From positions 15,996,001 to 16,060,000 of the forward strand of contig OX597836.1 of assembly GCA_951406725.2 (NCBI GenBank): a stretch of 64,000 nt of DNA, in the 5' to 3' direction. Shown piece by piece: positions 25,646-38,783 of the stretch. The notes under the pieces were generated by a model that did no database searches, was not told the origin of the DNA, and worked only from the letters and a program-made list of their open reading frames with translations. Source of the DNA: Octopus vulgaris. Taxonomy: Eukaryota. Position numbers and translations under genes: made by a program. Every line of letters starts with the position of its first letter. The stretch's first letter is position 1.

Positions 25646-25743
25646 TAATTAATTAATTAATTAATATATTTGTGTTTTATTCAATGGGAATTACAATTCT
25701 GAAAGAATTATTTTTGCCTAAAAATTTTAACTTTATATATATA

Positions 25744-26078
25744 CTAGCAATATCGCCTGGTGTTGCTCGGGTTTGTAAGGGAAATAACTATATAAGCATT
25801 AAAAATGGAAATCGTTGACTCACATCGTAGACATTTTTAGAGAGTTACTTCCCTTATATAATAGCGAAAAAAATGCATTAAAATGGAAAAAAATTATGGT
25901 AAATTTTTTAAATCGTAGACTCATCGTAGATGCGCGCTAATACCTAGAAGGGCTCGATATGAATCACGACTATAAGATACCCGGTTTTGGTTAAACTGCA
26001 CCGCAAAATGTGGGAGTAGTTAGGAATCTAAATCGTAGGAGACAGATACTCACACAACCTCTCTTTTATATATAAAGA
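25744..26078 (-). mobile_element. non-autonomous Helitron (335 bp)
   Basis: Minus strand reads A|TCTTTATATATAAAAG...CCCGAGCAACACCAGGCGATATTGCTAG|T: 5' TC, subterminal GC hairpin, 3' CTAG, inserted between A and T with no TSD. Confidence 0.85.
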
Positions 26079-26509
26079 TTTTCTCAAGTTTCAGGCTCTT
26101 TTCTTTCACTGTGAGTTAGTAATAGCCATTCCATAACTCTGGCAGACTTATGGAATAACTCTTCGCTATTTCATTCAGAAATTTCTTCTCCCTCATCAGA
26201 GTATTAAATTACCAAATACAAGACACATTGTTTTTCCCCCTCTTGTTTGATAGCTCTGGCTAAAAGTGGTTAAGACTTCATTTCTCCTTGCTGCATAAAA
26301 TTTATTCCCTGAGTCAAAGAAGTAGGGTAGGGATTAACGATAAAGAATATCCCCCCACACACACACAACAAGGGTTAGTATAAGAGGATAACTACAATCT
26401 AATTTGGATCAGTGACCATTGTTTAATTCCAGGTCAGGCTTAATTAAGCAGTCTTAATCATTAAACTGTGAAATTAAATTTCATGGCTATTCCAATAATG
26501 ATTTTTATA

Positions 26510-27285
26510 TTCTTTTACTATTTTTGTATTCAACTGTGGCCATGCTGGAGCACCCCCATGAAGGGTTTTAGTCGAACAAATCGACCCCAGGACATTTTTT
26601 TAAAGCCTAGTACTTATTTTATCGGTCTCTTTTGCTGATCCGCCAAGTTACAGGGACATAAAGTCACCAACTCCAGTTGCCAAGCAGTGCTGGGGGACAA
26701 ACACAGACACAAAAACACACACGTATAGATACAGGGCTTCTTTCAGTTTCCGTCTACCAAATCCACTCACAAGGCTTTGGTTGGCCTGAGGCTATAGTAG
26801 AAGACACTTGCCCAAGGTGCCACACAGTGGAACTGAACCCATAACCATGTCGTTGGAAAACAAGCTTCTTACCACACAGCCACATCTCTTTACTCTCTTT
26901 TTACTCTTCAAATTGTTTCAGTCATTTGACTGAGGCCATGCTGGAGCACCGCCTGTAGTCGAGGCAAATCGACCCCAGGACTTATTCTTTGTAAGCCTAG
27001 TACTTATTATATCGGTCACATTTGCCGAACCGCTAATTTACGGGGATGTAAACACACCAGCATCGGTTGTCAAGCGATGTTGGGGGGACAAACACAGACA
27101 CACAAACATATACACACACATACATATACATATATACGACAGGCTTCTTTCAGTTTCCGTCTACCAAATCCACTCACAAGGCTTACAGTAGAAGACACTT
27201 GCCCAAGGTGCCACGCAGTAGGACTGAACCCAGAACCACGTGGTTGGTCAGCAAGCTACTTACCACACAGCCACTCCCACACCTA
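26510..27285 (-). mobile_element. two tandem SINE family A copies
   Basis: About 26510-26885 and 26887-27285, both reverse complement. Confidence 0.9.
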
Positions 27286-27666
27286 TTATTAAATATATAC
27301 TAAAAAATTGGATTGGTATTTTCCTCTAGTTACCTTACCTCAATAAATTTGACAAATCTCAACTAAAAAATAGTTTCAACATGACATTCCATAACAAAAG
27401 ATAGACCAGTAAATAAAACTGCTTTCTGCAGTTAAGGGTAATGAAATTTTGAGAGGATATATCTGATTTCCTCAGTAAAAGGGGTTAAGGTCAAAGATGG
27501 AGGCCATGTATTATCTCAGTGTCGTTCTGCATTTCTAAAACAATTAAAGGACTGGATAAAGGTCCTTCCCGAGTCATTGTAGATTTGTGGTATCAGTTTC
27601 CCCATTTCTGTGGTGCATATATTCCTCCATGTGGACAGACCCCAGTCCATCACAGGAATACTTATC

Positions 27667-28780
27667 TTTGCCAGCTACTTTTTGCTGAACCGCTAAGTCA
27701 CTGAGAAGTAAACAAACATACAATCACCAGTTGTCAAGCAGTAAGGGACTGGGAACACAAACACAGCTGCAAACACACACACACAGACACACATACATAT
27801 ACGATGGGCTTCTTTCAGTTTCCATTTACCAAATCCACTCACAAGGCTTTGGTTGGCCTGAGACTATAGTAGAAGACACTTGCCCAAGATGTCATGCAGT
27901 GGGACTGAACCCAGAACCATGTGGTTCGTAAGCAAGCTTCTTACCATCCAGCCATGCCTGTCCACAAAAAAGTGGTGGTTTTTGCCAGCTACTTTTTGCT
28001 GAACCGCTAGGTTACTGAGAGGTAAACATACTATCACCAGTTGTCAAGCAGTAAGGGGCTGGGGGACACAAACACACACACACACGCACATACATATACG
28101 ATGGGCTTCTTTCAGTTTCCATTTACCAAATCCACTCACAAGGCTTTGGTTGGCCTGAGGCTATAGTAGAAGACACTTGCCCAAGATGTCATGAAGCGGG
28201 ACTGAACCCAGAACCATGTGGTTCGTAAGCAAGCTTCTTACCATCCAGCCATGCCTGTCCACAAAAAAGTGGTGGTTTTTGCCAGCTACTTTTTGCTGAA
28301 CCGCTAGGTTACTGAGAGGTAAACATACTATCACCAGTTGTCAAGCAGTAAGGGGCTGGGGGACACAAACACACACACACACACACACATACATATTCGA
28401 TGGGCTTCTTTCAGTTTCCATTTACCAAATCCATTCACAAGGCTTTGGTTGGCCTGAGACTGTAATTGAAGACACTTGCCCAAGATGTCAGGCAGTGGGA
28501 CTGAACCCAGAACCATGTGGTTTGGAAACAAGCTTCTTACCATCCAGCCATGCCTGTCCACAAGCTGCAAACACACACACACAGACACACATACATATAC
28601 GATGGGCTTCTTTCAGTTTCCATTTACCAAATCCACTCACAAGGCTTTGGTTGGCCTGAGACTATAGTCGAAGACACTTGCCCAAGATGTCATGCAGTGG
28701 GACTGAACCCAGAACCATGTGGTTCGTAAGCAAGCTTCTTACCATCCAGCCATGCCTGTCCACAAAAAAGTGGCGGTTTG
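27667..28780 (-). repeat. tandem array of about 3.7 units (about 300 bp each) derived from a truncated SINE A plus flank
   Basis: Full units start tttgccagctactttttgctgaacc and share private variants (ccatttacc, cccaagatgtc, accatccagccatgcctgtccac). Confidence 0.9.
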
Positions 28781-28934
28781 TCATATACACAGGCAAATAC
28801 AGAATGTAATTTGCGTTGCTATTTCTAGCAGGTTGAACAACGAACCTATCGCCTGTCCCTTGTTGTTGAAGCTATATCATTATTCTATGTCAAAGTAACT
28901 TTAACACAGAATAATATCATTACAGTGAGTTTAA

Positions 28935-29436
28935 GGGACTCCCCTTCCTTCCTGCTTATCTCACTCCCTCCTTTCCCCTTAATACCTCGTCCTTCTCTCT
29001 TCGCTCCTTCCTCTATCCTTCTCTGTTCTTCTCCATTTTCCACCTTCACTCCATCTACTTTCTCTATTTACTCTCTCTCTCTCTCTCCCCTTCTTATCTT
29101 TCTCCCGCTTTTTTTTGCCACCCTCTCTCTCTCTCTCTCTCTCTTCCCTTCCTATCTCTTTTTCTCTCTCTCTCTCTCTTTGTTTGCCACCCTCTCGCTC
29201 TCTTCCCTTCCTATCTCTTTTTTCTCTCTCTCTTTGTTTGCCACCCTCTCTCTCTCTCTTCCCTTCCTATCTCTCTTTTCTCTCTCTCTTTTCTCTCCTT
29301 CTTTCTGTCTTTCCTTCCTCTCTCCCTCTACTTCTACTACTACTACTACTACTACTACCACTACTACTACTACCACCACCACCACCACTACCACCACCAT
29401 CAACACCACCACCACCACCACTACCACTACTACTAC
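28935..29436. repeat. polypyrimidine low-complexity tract followed by (TAC/CAC)n
   Basis: C/T tract containing three copies of tttgccaccctctc. Confidence 0.9.
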
Positions 29437-29734
29437 TTTTATATTAGACACTCCAAGAAGAAGCACTAATACAACCCTGCCTACTATCACCCCCAACATA
29501 CCAGTGCCAACCTCTTTAGCAAGGAGTGTGAGCTTCTACATGGCCAATTGACCTGCTAGAAATAATAACCAAATTTCCCTCTTCTCACACCCTAAACACA
29601 GAAGGAAGTCTTGGACAATTTTATTCTGTATATACAGACTAGATCAGTGGTTCTCAACCATTTTTTCCCTATTGACCCTTTTGGTTCCCATTTTACATGG
29701 CTGGACACCCTTAACCATTTTATTCTTTTATTCT

Positions 29735-30155
29735 TATATTGTTTTACTTGTTTTAGTCATTTGATTGCGGCCATGCTGGAGCACCACCTTAAAGAGTTAT
29801 AGTCAAAGAAATTGACCCCAGGATTTATTCTTTGTAAGCCTAGTACTTATTCTATCGATCTCTTTTGTCGAACTGCTAAATTACAGGGACATAAACGCAC
29901 CAGCATTGGTTGTCAAGTGATGGTTGGGTGGGGGGACACAAACACACACACACACACACACATATAATATGGGCTTCTTTCAGTTTCCATCTACCAAATC
30001 CACTCACAAGGCTTTGGTTGGCCTAAGGCTATCAGCATCATTGTTCGACCGTGGCTATAGCAGAAGACACTTGCCCAAGGTGCCACACAGTGGGACTGAA
30101 CCCAGAACCATGTGGTTGGGTAAAGCTAGCTTCTTGCTACACAGCCATGCCTGCA
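29735..30155 (-). mobile_element. SINE family A
   Basis: Complete reverse-complement copy with a small internal insertion. Confidence 0.88.
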
Positions 30156-30209
30156 CATAAAAAAAAAATCCTTTTCTACTTTTATAATTAAATACTTTCT
30201 TTTACTTGT

Positions 30210-30210
<1 letters not shown>

Positions 30211-30246
<36 letters not shown>

Positions 30247-30248
30247 CT

Positions 30249-30297
<49 letters not shown>

Positions 30298-30389
30298 CTA
30301 TCATCATCATCATCATCATCGTCATCATCATCATCATCATCACTATCATCATGATCGTCGTCATCATCATCATCATCACCATCATCATC

Positions 30390-30420
<31 letters not shown>

Positions 30421-30434
30421 CCACCACCACCACC

Positions 30435-30494
<60 letters not shown>

Positions 30495-30557
30495 GTCATC
30501 ATCATCATCATTACCATCATCACTATCCTCATCATCATCGTTGTCATCACCACCACC

Positions 30558-30591
<34 letters not shown>

Positions 30592-30700
30592 TCATTACCA
30601 TCATCACTATCATCGTCGTCATCATAATAATCATCATCATCATCATCATCATCGTCGTCGTCGTCGTCGTCATCATTGTTGTCATCGTCATCCTCATCAT
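30211..30700. repeat. (ATC)n/(ACC)n trinucleotide tract
   Basis: Direct repeats; source of the poly-D/H/M ORFs. Confidence 0.95.
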
Positions 30701-31749
30701 TGTTCATGTCTCCATCTACAATTATTTTCCCAATCCAATAATAATACAACAGTTTTTTTTTCTTTTAAACAATGAGAACTGCAGCATTTTAAACAGATGT
30801 GACAACAACAACAAAAAAATCTCTCCTCCTCCAACCCTACCTGAAATATTTTGGTGAAATAAACATCGGGGATGTTTCTAACTGCCACCACATCCCCACC
30901 CCCATAGAATCTGCAGGAGTTGCTTAATGATATTGCAAGTTCTTCAGATGCTGACTAATACCATCATATTTTGGAAACCATTCCGTATCATTTACAGACA
31001 TCTCAAGCATTACAAGCATTTTGCACCCCACCCCTATGCCTCATCTGAGTGGTGGCAGTGAAGACTGGATTAGTCTTCATCTGTGAAAGGGTCTTATTTG
31101 TCATCTGTAGCCAACCATGGCCACCTTGAGCTGGTTTTAGTTGCTTTCCAACCTCCATGGTGGCTTTTTTTTTAGTTGTTTGGGTTCCAGACCGAACTTC
31201 TGTAGGAAACATAACACTGATCTGGCTGGAAAACTGTAGCTACTATTTTCAATAGAGAATGAGGCCATGTGCCAGCCTTTAACAAGTGCCTCATCAACAA
31301 AGTCCTGATATTTGGTTCAGGCTCCATGTCTCCATGTCAAAACAGACATAGAACCTGGGCAACTCTCCATCTTGCTAGCTCCTGTCAAACCGTCAAACTA
31401 ATGCCAACATGAAAAAAAAACAGACATTAAATGATTATGATCATGATGATCATGATAAATGTTAAGTCTGATCTTCTTCGGGCATTGTGAATTCAACCAT
31501 AATTATTGTTTTTGCACTCCCAGATAGCAGGAGTATGTCTGATCAGAGCGATGTTATTGCCACCTTCTCTGGGAAGACTAGTCCAATGGTCAGATTCAGT
31601 TATGTTCCCTTGTCTGAGGCTTGATGCAAAATAGAGAATAGGTCCCATATTATAATGTCTTAGGTCTTCCTGGGTCTACCTCTTCGACAAGTTCCATCCA
31701 CTTTAAGTGATTGGCACTTCAATATATATATATATACATATATATATTT

Positions 31750-32342
31750 TATCATCGTCATCGTGATCATTTAGCATCTGCTTTTCATACTGGCATGAAT
31801 TAGATGGTTTGACTGAAACTTGTAAGCTGGAGATCTGTACCAGGCTCCAATCTGATTTGGCATAGTTCCTACAGCTGGATGTCCTTCCTAATGCCGACCA
31901 CTCCAAGAGTGTAATGGGTACTTTTTCTGTGTCACTGGTATGGGTGCCACTTATGTGATGGCAGCATTGGCCATGACTATGACTTCCCTTGGGTTGACGA
32001 GTCTTCTGAAGCACAGCATATCGCCAAAGGTCTCAATCACTTACCACCTCCACGAGGCCCAACATTCAAAGGGTGCTCTTTACGTGCCACCGGCACGGGG
32101 GTTTGTTACATGATACTGGCATTGGCCACAACTACGGTTTCACTTGGCTTGACAGGTCATGTCAGGCATAGCATATCATCGCCAAAGGTCTTGGTTACTT
32201 GTCATTGCCTCCATGTGGCCTAATGTTCGAAGATCATGCTTCACCACCTCATCCCATGTCTCCCTGGGTCTACCTCTTCCACAGGTTCTCTCCACAGTTA
32301 GAGATCAGCACTTCTTTACACAACTGTCCCCATCTATACGCA
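31750..32342 (-). mobile_element. RTE (BovB-like) LINE 3' end with an internal duplication
   Basis: DSCVKKC*SLTVERTCGRGRPRETWDEVVKHDLRTLGHMEAMTSNQDLWR followed by the UTR and (ATG)n tail. Confidence 0.85.
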
Positions 32343-33109
32343 TTCACACAGCTGTCCTTGTCTATGTCGACCAAATTCACTCACAAGGCATTGGCCAGCC
32401 TGGAGCTATAATACAAAACACTTACCCAAGGTGCTACATCGTGAAACTGAACCCCAAAGCATGTAGATGCCCAGAAGAATTCTTAACCCCATTTTGCGGC
32501 AAATGCCTTAATAAAAGAAGTGGTGACACAGGGAACAATGCTGACCTGGATTTGTAAAAGTACAAGGTGAAGGGGCGATTGCAGTTATTGGCATGTCCTT
32601 CATCATAGAGGGAAAGAGAGACAGATGATGAGTGTTATGACAGGCCTAACCTGGGTACTAAACAACAACAGCAACAACATTCCCAGCTTTAGGTATGAAA
32701 CTTTGCTTTAGTTTATATATTAAATGTCCCAGTTAGTATCGTTTAACATAAATACATTCCTACATTGATACTAACTACCCAAACACTCCTTATACGAGAT
32801 TTCTGCGCAGCAGCTGTGAGCAGCCATACAATGATAGAAAAGGAAGAAAAAAAAGAACCCACCTCATGTTAGACCTGTATTGCTTTTATGAACAAAGACA
32901 TTTTAGAAATATGCTTGAATGAGGAGGATCACAAACGACTGGTTTCATATAACAGCGACAAAGACAAGTTTGTTGGATAGAGCAAAATGAAATAATAATA
33001 ATAATAATAATGACGATGATGATGATGATGATGATGATTTCGTTATTGACTTCAAAGGGTTTACATAAAAAAAAAGACATTATGGATGGCACAGAACAAA
33101 ACACTGAAT

Positions 33110-33620
33110 GTGTGTTTGTATGTATGTATGTATGTATGTGTGTATGTATGTATGTATGTATGTATGTATGTATGTATGTATGTATGAATGTATGTTTGTT
33201 TGTATGTGTATGTATATATGGGTGTGCATGTATGTGTGTATGTATGTATGTATGCATGTATGTATGTATGTATGTATGTATGAATGTATGTATGTATGCA
33301 TGTATGTATGTAAGTATGTATGTATGTATGTATGTATTATGTATGCATGTATGTATGTATGTATGTATGTATGTATGTATGTATGTATGCATGTATGTAT
33401 GTGTATGTATGTATGTATGAATGTATGTATGTAGGTATGCATGCATGTATGTATGTATTTATGCATGCATGCATGTATGTAAGTATATATGTATGTATGC
33501 ATGCATGTATGTATGTATGTATGTATGCATGCATGTATGTATGTATGTATATATGTATGTATGTTTGTTTGTGTGCGTATGTATGTATGGGTGTGCATAT
33601 GTGCGTGTATGTATGTTTGT
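33110..33620. repeat. (TATG)n microsatellite
   Basis: About 500 bp of tetranucleotide repeat. Confidence 0.95.
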
Positions 33621-33889
33621 GTAAGTTGTTGTGAGGGTTTGCATCTAAAAAAGTTTAAATCCTCAAGAGGGAGGATATATTCAAGGGCTGCTCATAGAAC
33701 CCCCCCTCCCCATAAAGCCATGGGTTCCCTGACTTCTGGAGCAGGTGCCCTTTCTCAGTTTCTTATCTCTGATTCATAAGCCTCTGCTCAATGCAGACCT
33801 GTTCACTTGCACCATACTTGCCACTTCCATCCACCATTCAATAAAACGAGAAGAAGTCAACACTTCCCTCTCCACCCTTATTTATTAAA

Positions 33890-34015
33890 TTCACAATTCC
33901 CTACCTGGATGATGTATTAATTAAAAATGAATTTTGTGATCAGCATGCCGAGTTTTTTTAGTGTGTTTTTGAAAAAATAAGAGATTATGGTTTCACACTG
34001 ACTGAGGAGAAATAC
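33890..34015 (+). mobile_element. Ty3/Gypsy reverse transcriptase fragment
   Basis: FTIPYLDDVLIKNEFCDQHAEFF*CVFEKIRDYGFTLTEEKY: YLDD motif with Gypsy-like downstream context. Confidence 0.8.
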
Positions 34016-34121
34016 TCTTTTTACTCGTTTTTTCTCTTTTTACTTGTTTCAGTCATTTGACTGCGGCCATGCTGGAGCACCGCCTTTAGTCGAGCAAATC
34101 GACCCCGGGACTTATTCTTTG
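34014..34121 (-). mobile_element. SINE family A 3' fragment
   Basis: Tail about 105 bp long, close to consensus. Confidence 0.88.
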
Positions 34122-34137
34122 TGCCTCCACCAAAGAA

Positions 34138-34438
34138 TGGTGGAGGCACAATGGCCCAGTGTATAGGGCAGTGGACTCGCGGTCGGAGGACCGCAGTTTC
34201 GATTCCCAGACCGGGCATTGTGTGTGTTTATTGAGCGAAAACATCTAAAGCTCCACGAGGCTCCGGCAGGGGGTGGTGGCGACACCTGTTGTACTCTTTT
34301 GCTCCAACTTTCTCTCACTCTCTCTTCCTGTTTCTTGAGTAACGCTGCAATGGACTGGTGTCCCGTCCAGCTGGGGGGAACACATACGCCACAGAAACCA
34401 GGAAACTGGGCCCATAAGCCTGGCTAGGCTTAAAAACG
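34138..34438 (+). mobile_element. tRNA-derived SINE, family E
   Basis: A box tggcccagtgtatagg, B box gtttcgattccc; body motif tgcaatggactggtgtcccgtccag. Confidence 0.75.
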
Positions 34439-34441
34439 GTG

Positions 34442-34630
34442 ACGAGAATTCCAAAGAATGTAGGACTGCAGGAAGATACAGTGATAGCCACATTACAACC
34501 AGGAAAGGAAATTAAAAACATTATGTGTAATGTCATTCAGTAGTTGCCAGTATGTGTTCAAGATATAAAAAGTAAATCAGCAGAGGACAAATACATCATA
34601 AAATTGAAGGAAACATTGAAAAATGGAGAA
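34442..34630 (+). mobile_element. Ty3/Gypsy pol fragment (RNase H-integrase linker)
   Basis: RIPKNVGLQEDTVIATLQPGKEIKNIMCNVIQ*LPVCVQDIKSKSAEDKYIIKLK resembles Gypsy pol sequence I recall downstream of the ADxLSR motif. Confidence 0.6.
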
Positions 34631-34632
34631 AT

Positions 34633-35193
34633 TGTTGAAGTATTCAAAATGTGGGGTGTGAAGATAAAAACAATGCCAATAATAATTGGAGCATTGGGTA
34701 TGATAAAAAACATATGACCAAAAACACTGAAGACATACCTGGATCTTCAACACTACACACTGTCCAAAAATAGCTCTGTTAGGAACAGCCTACATCCTGC
34801 ATAAGACGCTATCAATCCAATAATACAACCTAAACAAAACAACCCACAAATACAAGACACAATCTGTAAAGCAATTACCCAATGAAATAAACTTCCACCA
34901 GCAATCTGTATAACCAATGCATTACACACTCAACACACAATACAAGCGGTAACACAATAAATGAAACTGCACCACACTCAAGAGGTAAAAAAAAACACAG
35001 TATAGTACAGGGAAGTGTTTGCACACTCTCAACAGCAGAAAAGAACATACAATGCTGCACACACCTCACCAACATGGAGGTGTAGCAGATGCAGAAGAAA
35101 TTTGCCTCAATCTACCAAATGTTGAACAGTTATATAATGATAATAATAATAATAGTAATAATAATGATGATAATAATAATAATAATAATAATA

Positions 35194-35229
<36 letters not shown>

Positions 35230-35240
35230 GTAATAATAAC
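34633..35240 (+). mobile_element. R4/Dong-type LINE 3' end, UTR and (TAA)n tail
   Basis: EVFKMWGVKIKTMPIIIGALGMIK..ALLGTAYILHKTLSIQ*. Confidence 0.85.
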
Positions 35241-35294
35241 TGCCCAGACATAATTATGATAAAATAATAATTAAGACATAATAATTAAGGATTA

Positions 35295-35545
35295 GAAAAA
35301 AAAATCCATCTGCTTACTGATAGCTATTGCAGTCTCCTCTAACTCCAAAAAAATTGTCCAAAAAGAAGTGGAGAAATTATCAAAGTACAAAGACCTTGAT
35401 ATTGAAGTATTTAAGATATGGGACATGAAGGTGAAAACAATACCAGAAATAATTGGAGCACTGGGCATGATAAAAAAACATGAAGAAAAACATAGAAGCT
35501 ATACTTGGATCCTCAACACTACACTCCATCTCAAAAAATAGCCCT
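35295..35545 (+). mobile_element. R4/Dong-type LINE fragment
   Basis: CLLIAIAV..KEVEKLSKYKDLDIEVFKIWDMKVKTIPEIIGALGMIKK. Confidence 0.85.
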
Positions 35546-35839
35546 CTATTTCCCCTCTGACTGATGTTTATGATTCATCATACCTCTACTCATGTTCATC
35601 ATTCCCTGCATTCACCTTTATCCATTTGTCACTCTCCTTCCACTCATTTGTGAACTTACCAACTTCACCATCCAATCCTTTGGACCACTTCTCTCATATT
35701 CATCTTCCTGTAACTTGAGGCTTTGCCCTTCACCATCATCTTCTCCTCTACAGCAAAGCACCTGTTCCTGTCTCTCAAACACAATTTGACTCATCATCAT
35801 CTGGTACAAAACCATGTACTTCAATACTATACCCTTCAG

Positions 35840-36087
35840 TCGAGGTGTCTTGTCTTGTGAGTTACTTGGTAACCTCACTGGTGCTGGTGCTAGGTAAAAG
35901 GTATCCCTTGCATGCTGTACAGTGTTTGGCATCAGAAAGGATGACCAGCCGTAGAAATCATACTGAAGTAGAGATTGGAGCTTAACACAGACCTTTAGCT
36001 CTCACTAGCTCTTGTTCAATCATCCATCTCATGTCAGCATAGGAAACAGATACTAAATAATGATGATGATAATGATAATGATGATGA
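35840..36087 (+). mobile_element. diverged RTE 3' UTR with (ATG)n tail
   Basis: ttggcatcagaaaggatgaccagccgtagaaa..gcataggaaacagatactaaataatgatg. Confidence 0.6.
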
Positions 36088-36379
36088 GAGTGATACACAC
36101 ACATGCATGAGCACGCGTGCACACACACAGACACATGCACTCAAAATGTACCCATGATGCATGCGAAATATATCAAATAATGTTCCCACATCATGACCCA
36201 TAAACAATTTGTAAAAAATAGGTCACAGTGAATAAGTACTAAATGTACATAGTAAATAAGTGAATAATTGATAAAAATAAATAAATTATTAAATGGGTGA
36301 ATAGAGAAATAAATAAGGTTAAGAATAGGTCAAGGATTAAAATTACGGTTATGAAAGAGTTTCTGACATGAAAGTAGAG

Positions 36380-36560
36380 AGACTGAAGTGTTTGAATGTC
36401 TTTATGAATGCAAGAAGTTACTTCACTTGTTCTATTGTGGAGTTCTTTGTGTCGGGGAATATGTTTATCTGACTTTTCCTTAGTACATAGCAGGCATGGC
36501 TTTATGGTTTCCCATGTAAGATCTTTCAATGGATAAGATATTATCATTTGAGGTCATATG
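36380..36560 (-). mobile_element. Penelope-like element, C-terminal fragment
   Basis: PCLLCTKEK..HNRTSEVTSCIH matches the CxLCxxEK..LNxRxE..CxH tail after the GIY-YIG domain. Confidence 0.6.
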
Positions 36561-36817
36561 TTATGGGTTTGTTCATCTCAATTTCTTTTGGAATAATTTT
36601 GAATAAGGCATGACCAGCTACAGTAGAAAAAAAAAAAGCCATTTTGCAATGTTGCTTTGTGATGTGAATTTGATCTTTGGTTCGGTGTGGGGTGTAAAGC
36701 TTGAGAGCCAGTATAGGGATGTATGTGGGGCTGGTGTACTGCTTGGAGACAATGTAGGGAGCAAATGGCCTGGGGACAATAAATACATATAGAATATATA
36801 TATATATATATATTATA

Positions 36818-36975
36818 CAGGCAATGTATGGGTGTGTGGTAAGAAGCTTGCTTCCCTACCACATGGTTCTGGGTTCAGTCTCTCTGCATGGCCAGTGTCT
36901 TGTACTGTACACTTGGGCTGACCAAAGCCTTGTGAGTAGATTTGGTAGATCAAAAATGCAAGAAGCCCGTTGTAT
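36818..36975 (+). mobile_element. SINE family A head (diverged)
   Basis: Match to the head and 5' body. Confidence 0.75.
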
Positions 36976-37014
36976 ACATATATATATATATAATATATTT
37001 CTTTCTTTCCTTTT

Positions 37015-37405
37015 TTAACTTGTTTCAGTCATTTGACTGTGGACATGCTGGAGCACCGCCTTTAGTCGAGCAGATCGACCCCGGGACTTATTCTTTGTAA
37101 GCCCAGTACTTATTCTATCGGTCTCTTTTTGCCGAACCGCTAAGTGATGGGGACATAAACACACCAGCATTGGTTGTCAAGCAATGCCAGGGGGACAAAC
37201 ACAGACACACACATACATATATATATATATATACATATATACGACAGGCTTCTTTCAGTTTCCGTCTACCAAATCCACTCACAAGGCATTGGTCGGCCCG
37301 GAGCTATAGCAGAAGACACTTGCCCAAGATGCCACGCAGTGGGACTGAACCCGGAACAATGTGGTTGGTAAGCAAGCTACTTACCACACAGCCACTCCTG
37401 TGCCT
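37015..37405 (-). mobile_element. SINE family A, full length
   Basis: Near-consensus reverse-complement copy. Confidence 0.92.
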
Positions 37406-37594
37406 ATATACATATATAACAAATAAGAAAATGGAGATGCACATTAGTTGGTTCGTCAACTTTAAGATAATAAAATGTTGACTTATTTATTTATCAAAAC
37501 GAACAACCAGCCCCTAACTTTCTTGGTGGTATATATATATATATATATGAGATGAACAACATTTATTAAATGATGATGATACTTACACACACAT

Positions 37595-37657
<63 letters not shown>

Positions 37658-38135
37658 GTGTGTGTATGCATCTATATGTCTGTTCCTCACCACTGTTTGA
37701 TGGCTGATATTGTGTTTGCATCTTTGGGGTTTGGCAAAAGAGACTGATAGAATAGGTACCATGGTTTAAAAGAAGAAATGACTTTCTTCAAGGCAGTGCC
37801 CCAGCATGACCACAGTCTAATGACTGAAACAAGATTAAAAAATATAAATAAACACATGTATTATATATAGATATATGCATATATATATATATACATATAT
37901 GTGTGTATATACATGTAAATGTATGGTTATATAAGAGTATATACATATACATACACATGTATATCTATGTCTGTCTATCTATATATCTATTTATCTATCT
38001 ATCTATCTATATAGATGTGTAATTATATTATTAATTAAAAGTTTGATTCGGGCCTTGTGCAACTTCCTACAGAAACCTATATATATATATATATACATGC
38101 ATACCTACATATATATATATGTGTGTGTGTGTGTG

Positions 38136-38192
<57 letters not shown>

Positions 38193-38735
38193 ACACACAT
38201 CTGTATATGTATACATATATATGAATGTATACACACATATCTCTATATATGTATATATGTGTATGTGTATATAATGAAGCTTGCATATATTTGCTTATGT
38301 GTCCATAGATTGTGTGTATGTGTGTCTGTATATATCATATATATTGACACACACACACAATACTACTTGGTTAAGATGATTGCGAGAACAATCGAACCAG
38401 TAGTGAAATAGATTTCTGTGAGGTGTAACGATGTGATGAATCACCCGCGTAGCATAGGTATCAATAATTTTTATTACTGTATAAATATGCAGTGTGTGTA
38501 CAGATGCTTATATTTGTTTATAATATAAATGATAATGTGAGACAATTGGTAATGATCTTGGTTGGTAAATAAATTAGTGTGTATATTATGTGACTGCATG
38601 TATGTGTGTGTATACATATGTATTTATATATATATATATGTGGGGGTGTGTGTGTGTGTGTTATATATATATAATGCACATATGCGTGTGTGTATGCAAA
38701 TGTATGGATGTTATATATGTCTGTGGATATATATC

Positions 38736-38769
<34 letters not shown>

Positions 38770-38783
<14 letters not shown>

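Noticed and set aside
27667-28780. Regularly spaced repeats that might suggest a CRISPR-like array
   Set aside because: The units are 300-bp SINE duplicates with no unique spacers, there are no cas genes, and the context is eukaryotic.
30900-31330. Possible highly decayed RTE coding fragment on the minus strand
   Set aside because: Only faint motif resemblance with many stops; not supportable.
32870-32980. Peptide TCIAFMNKDILEICLNEEDHKRLVSYNSDKDKFVG* as a possible exon
   Set aside because: The acceptor lacks a pyrimidine tract, and there is no homology or partner exon.
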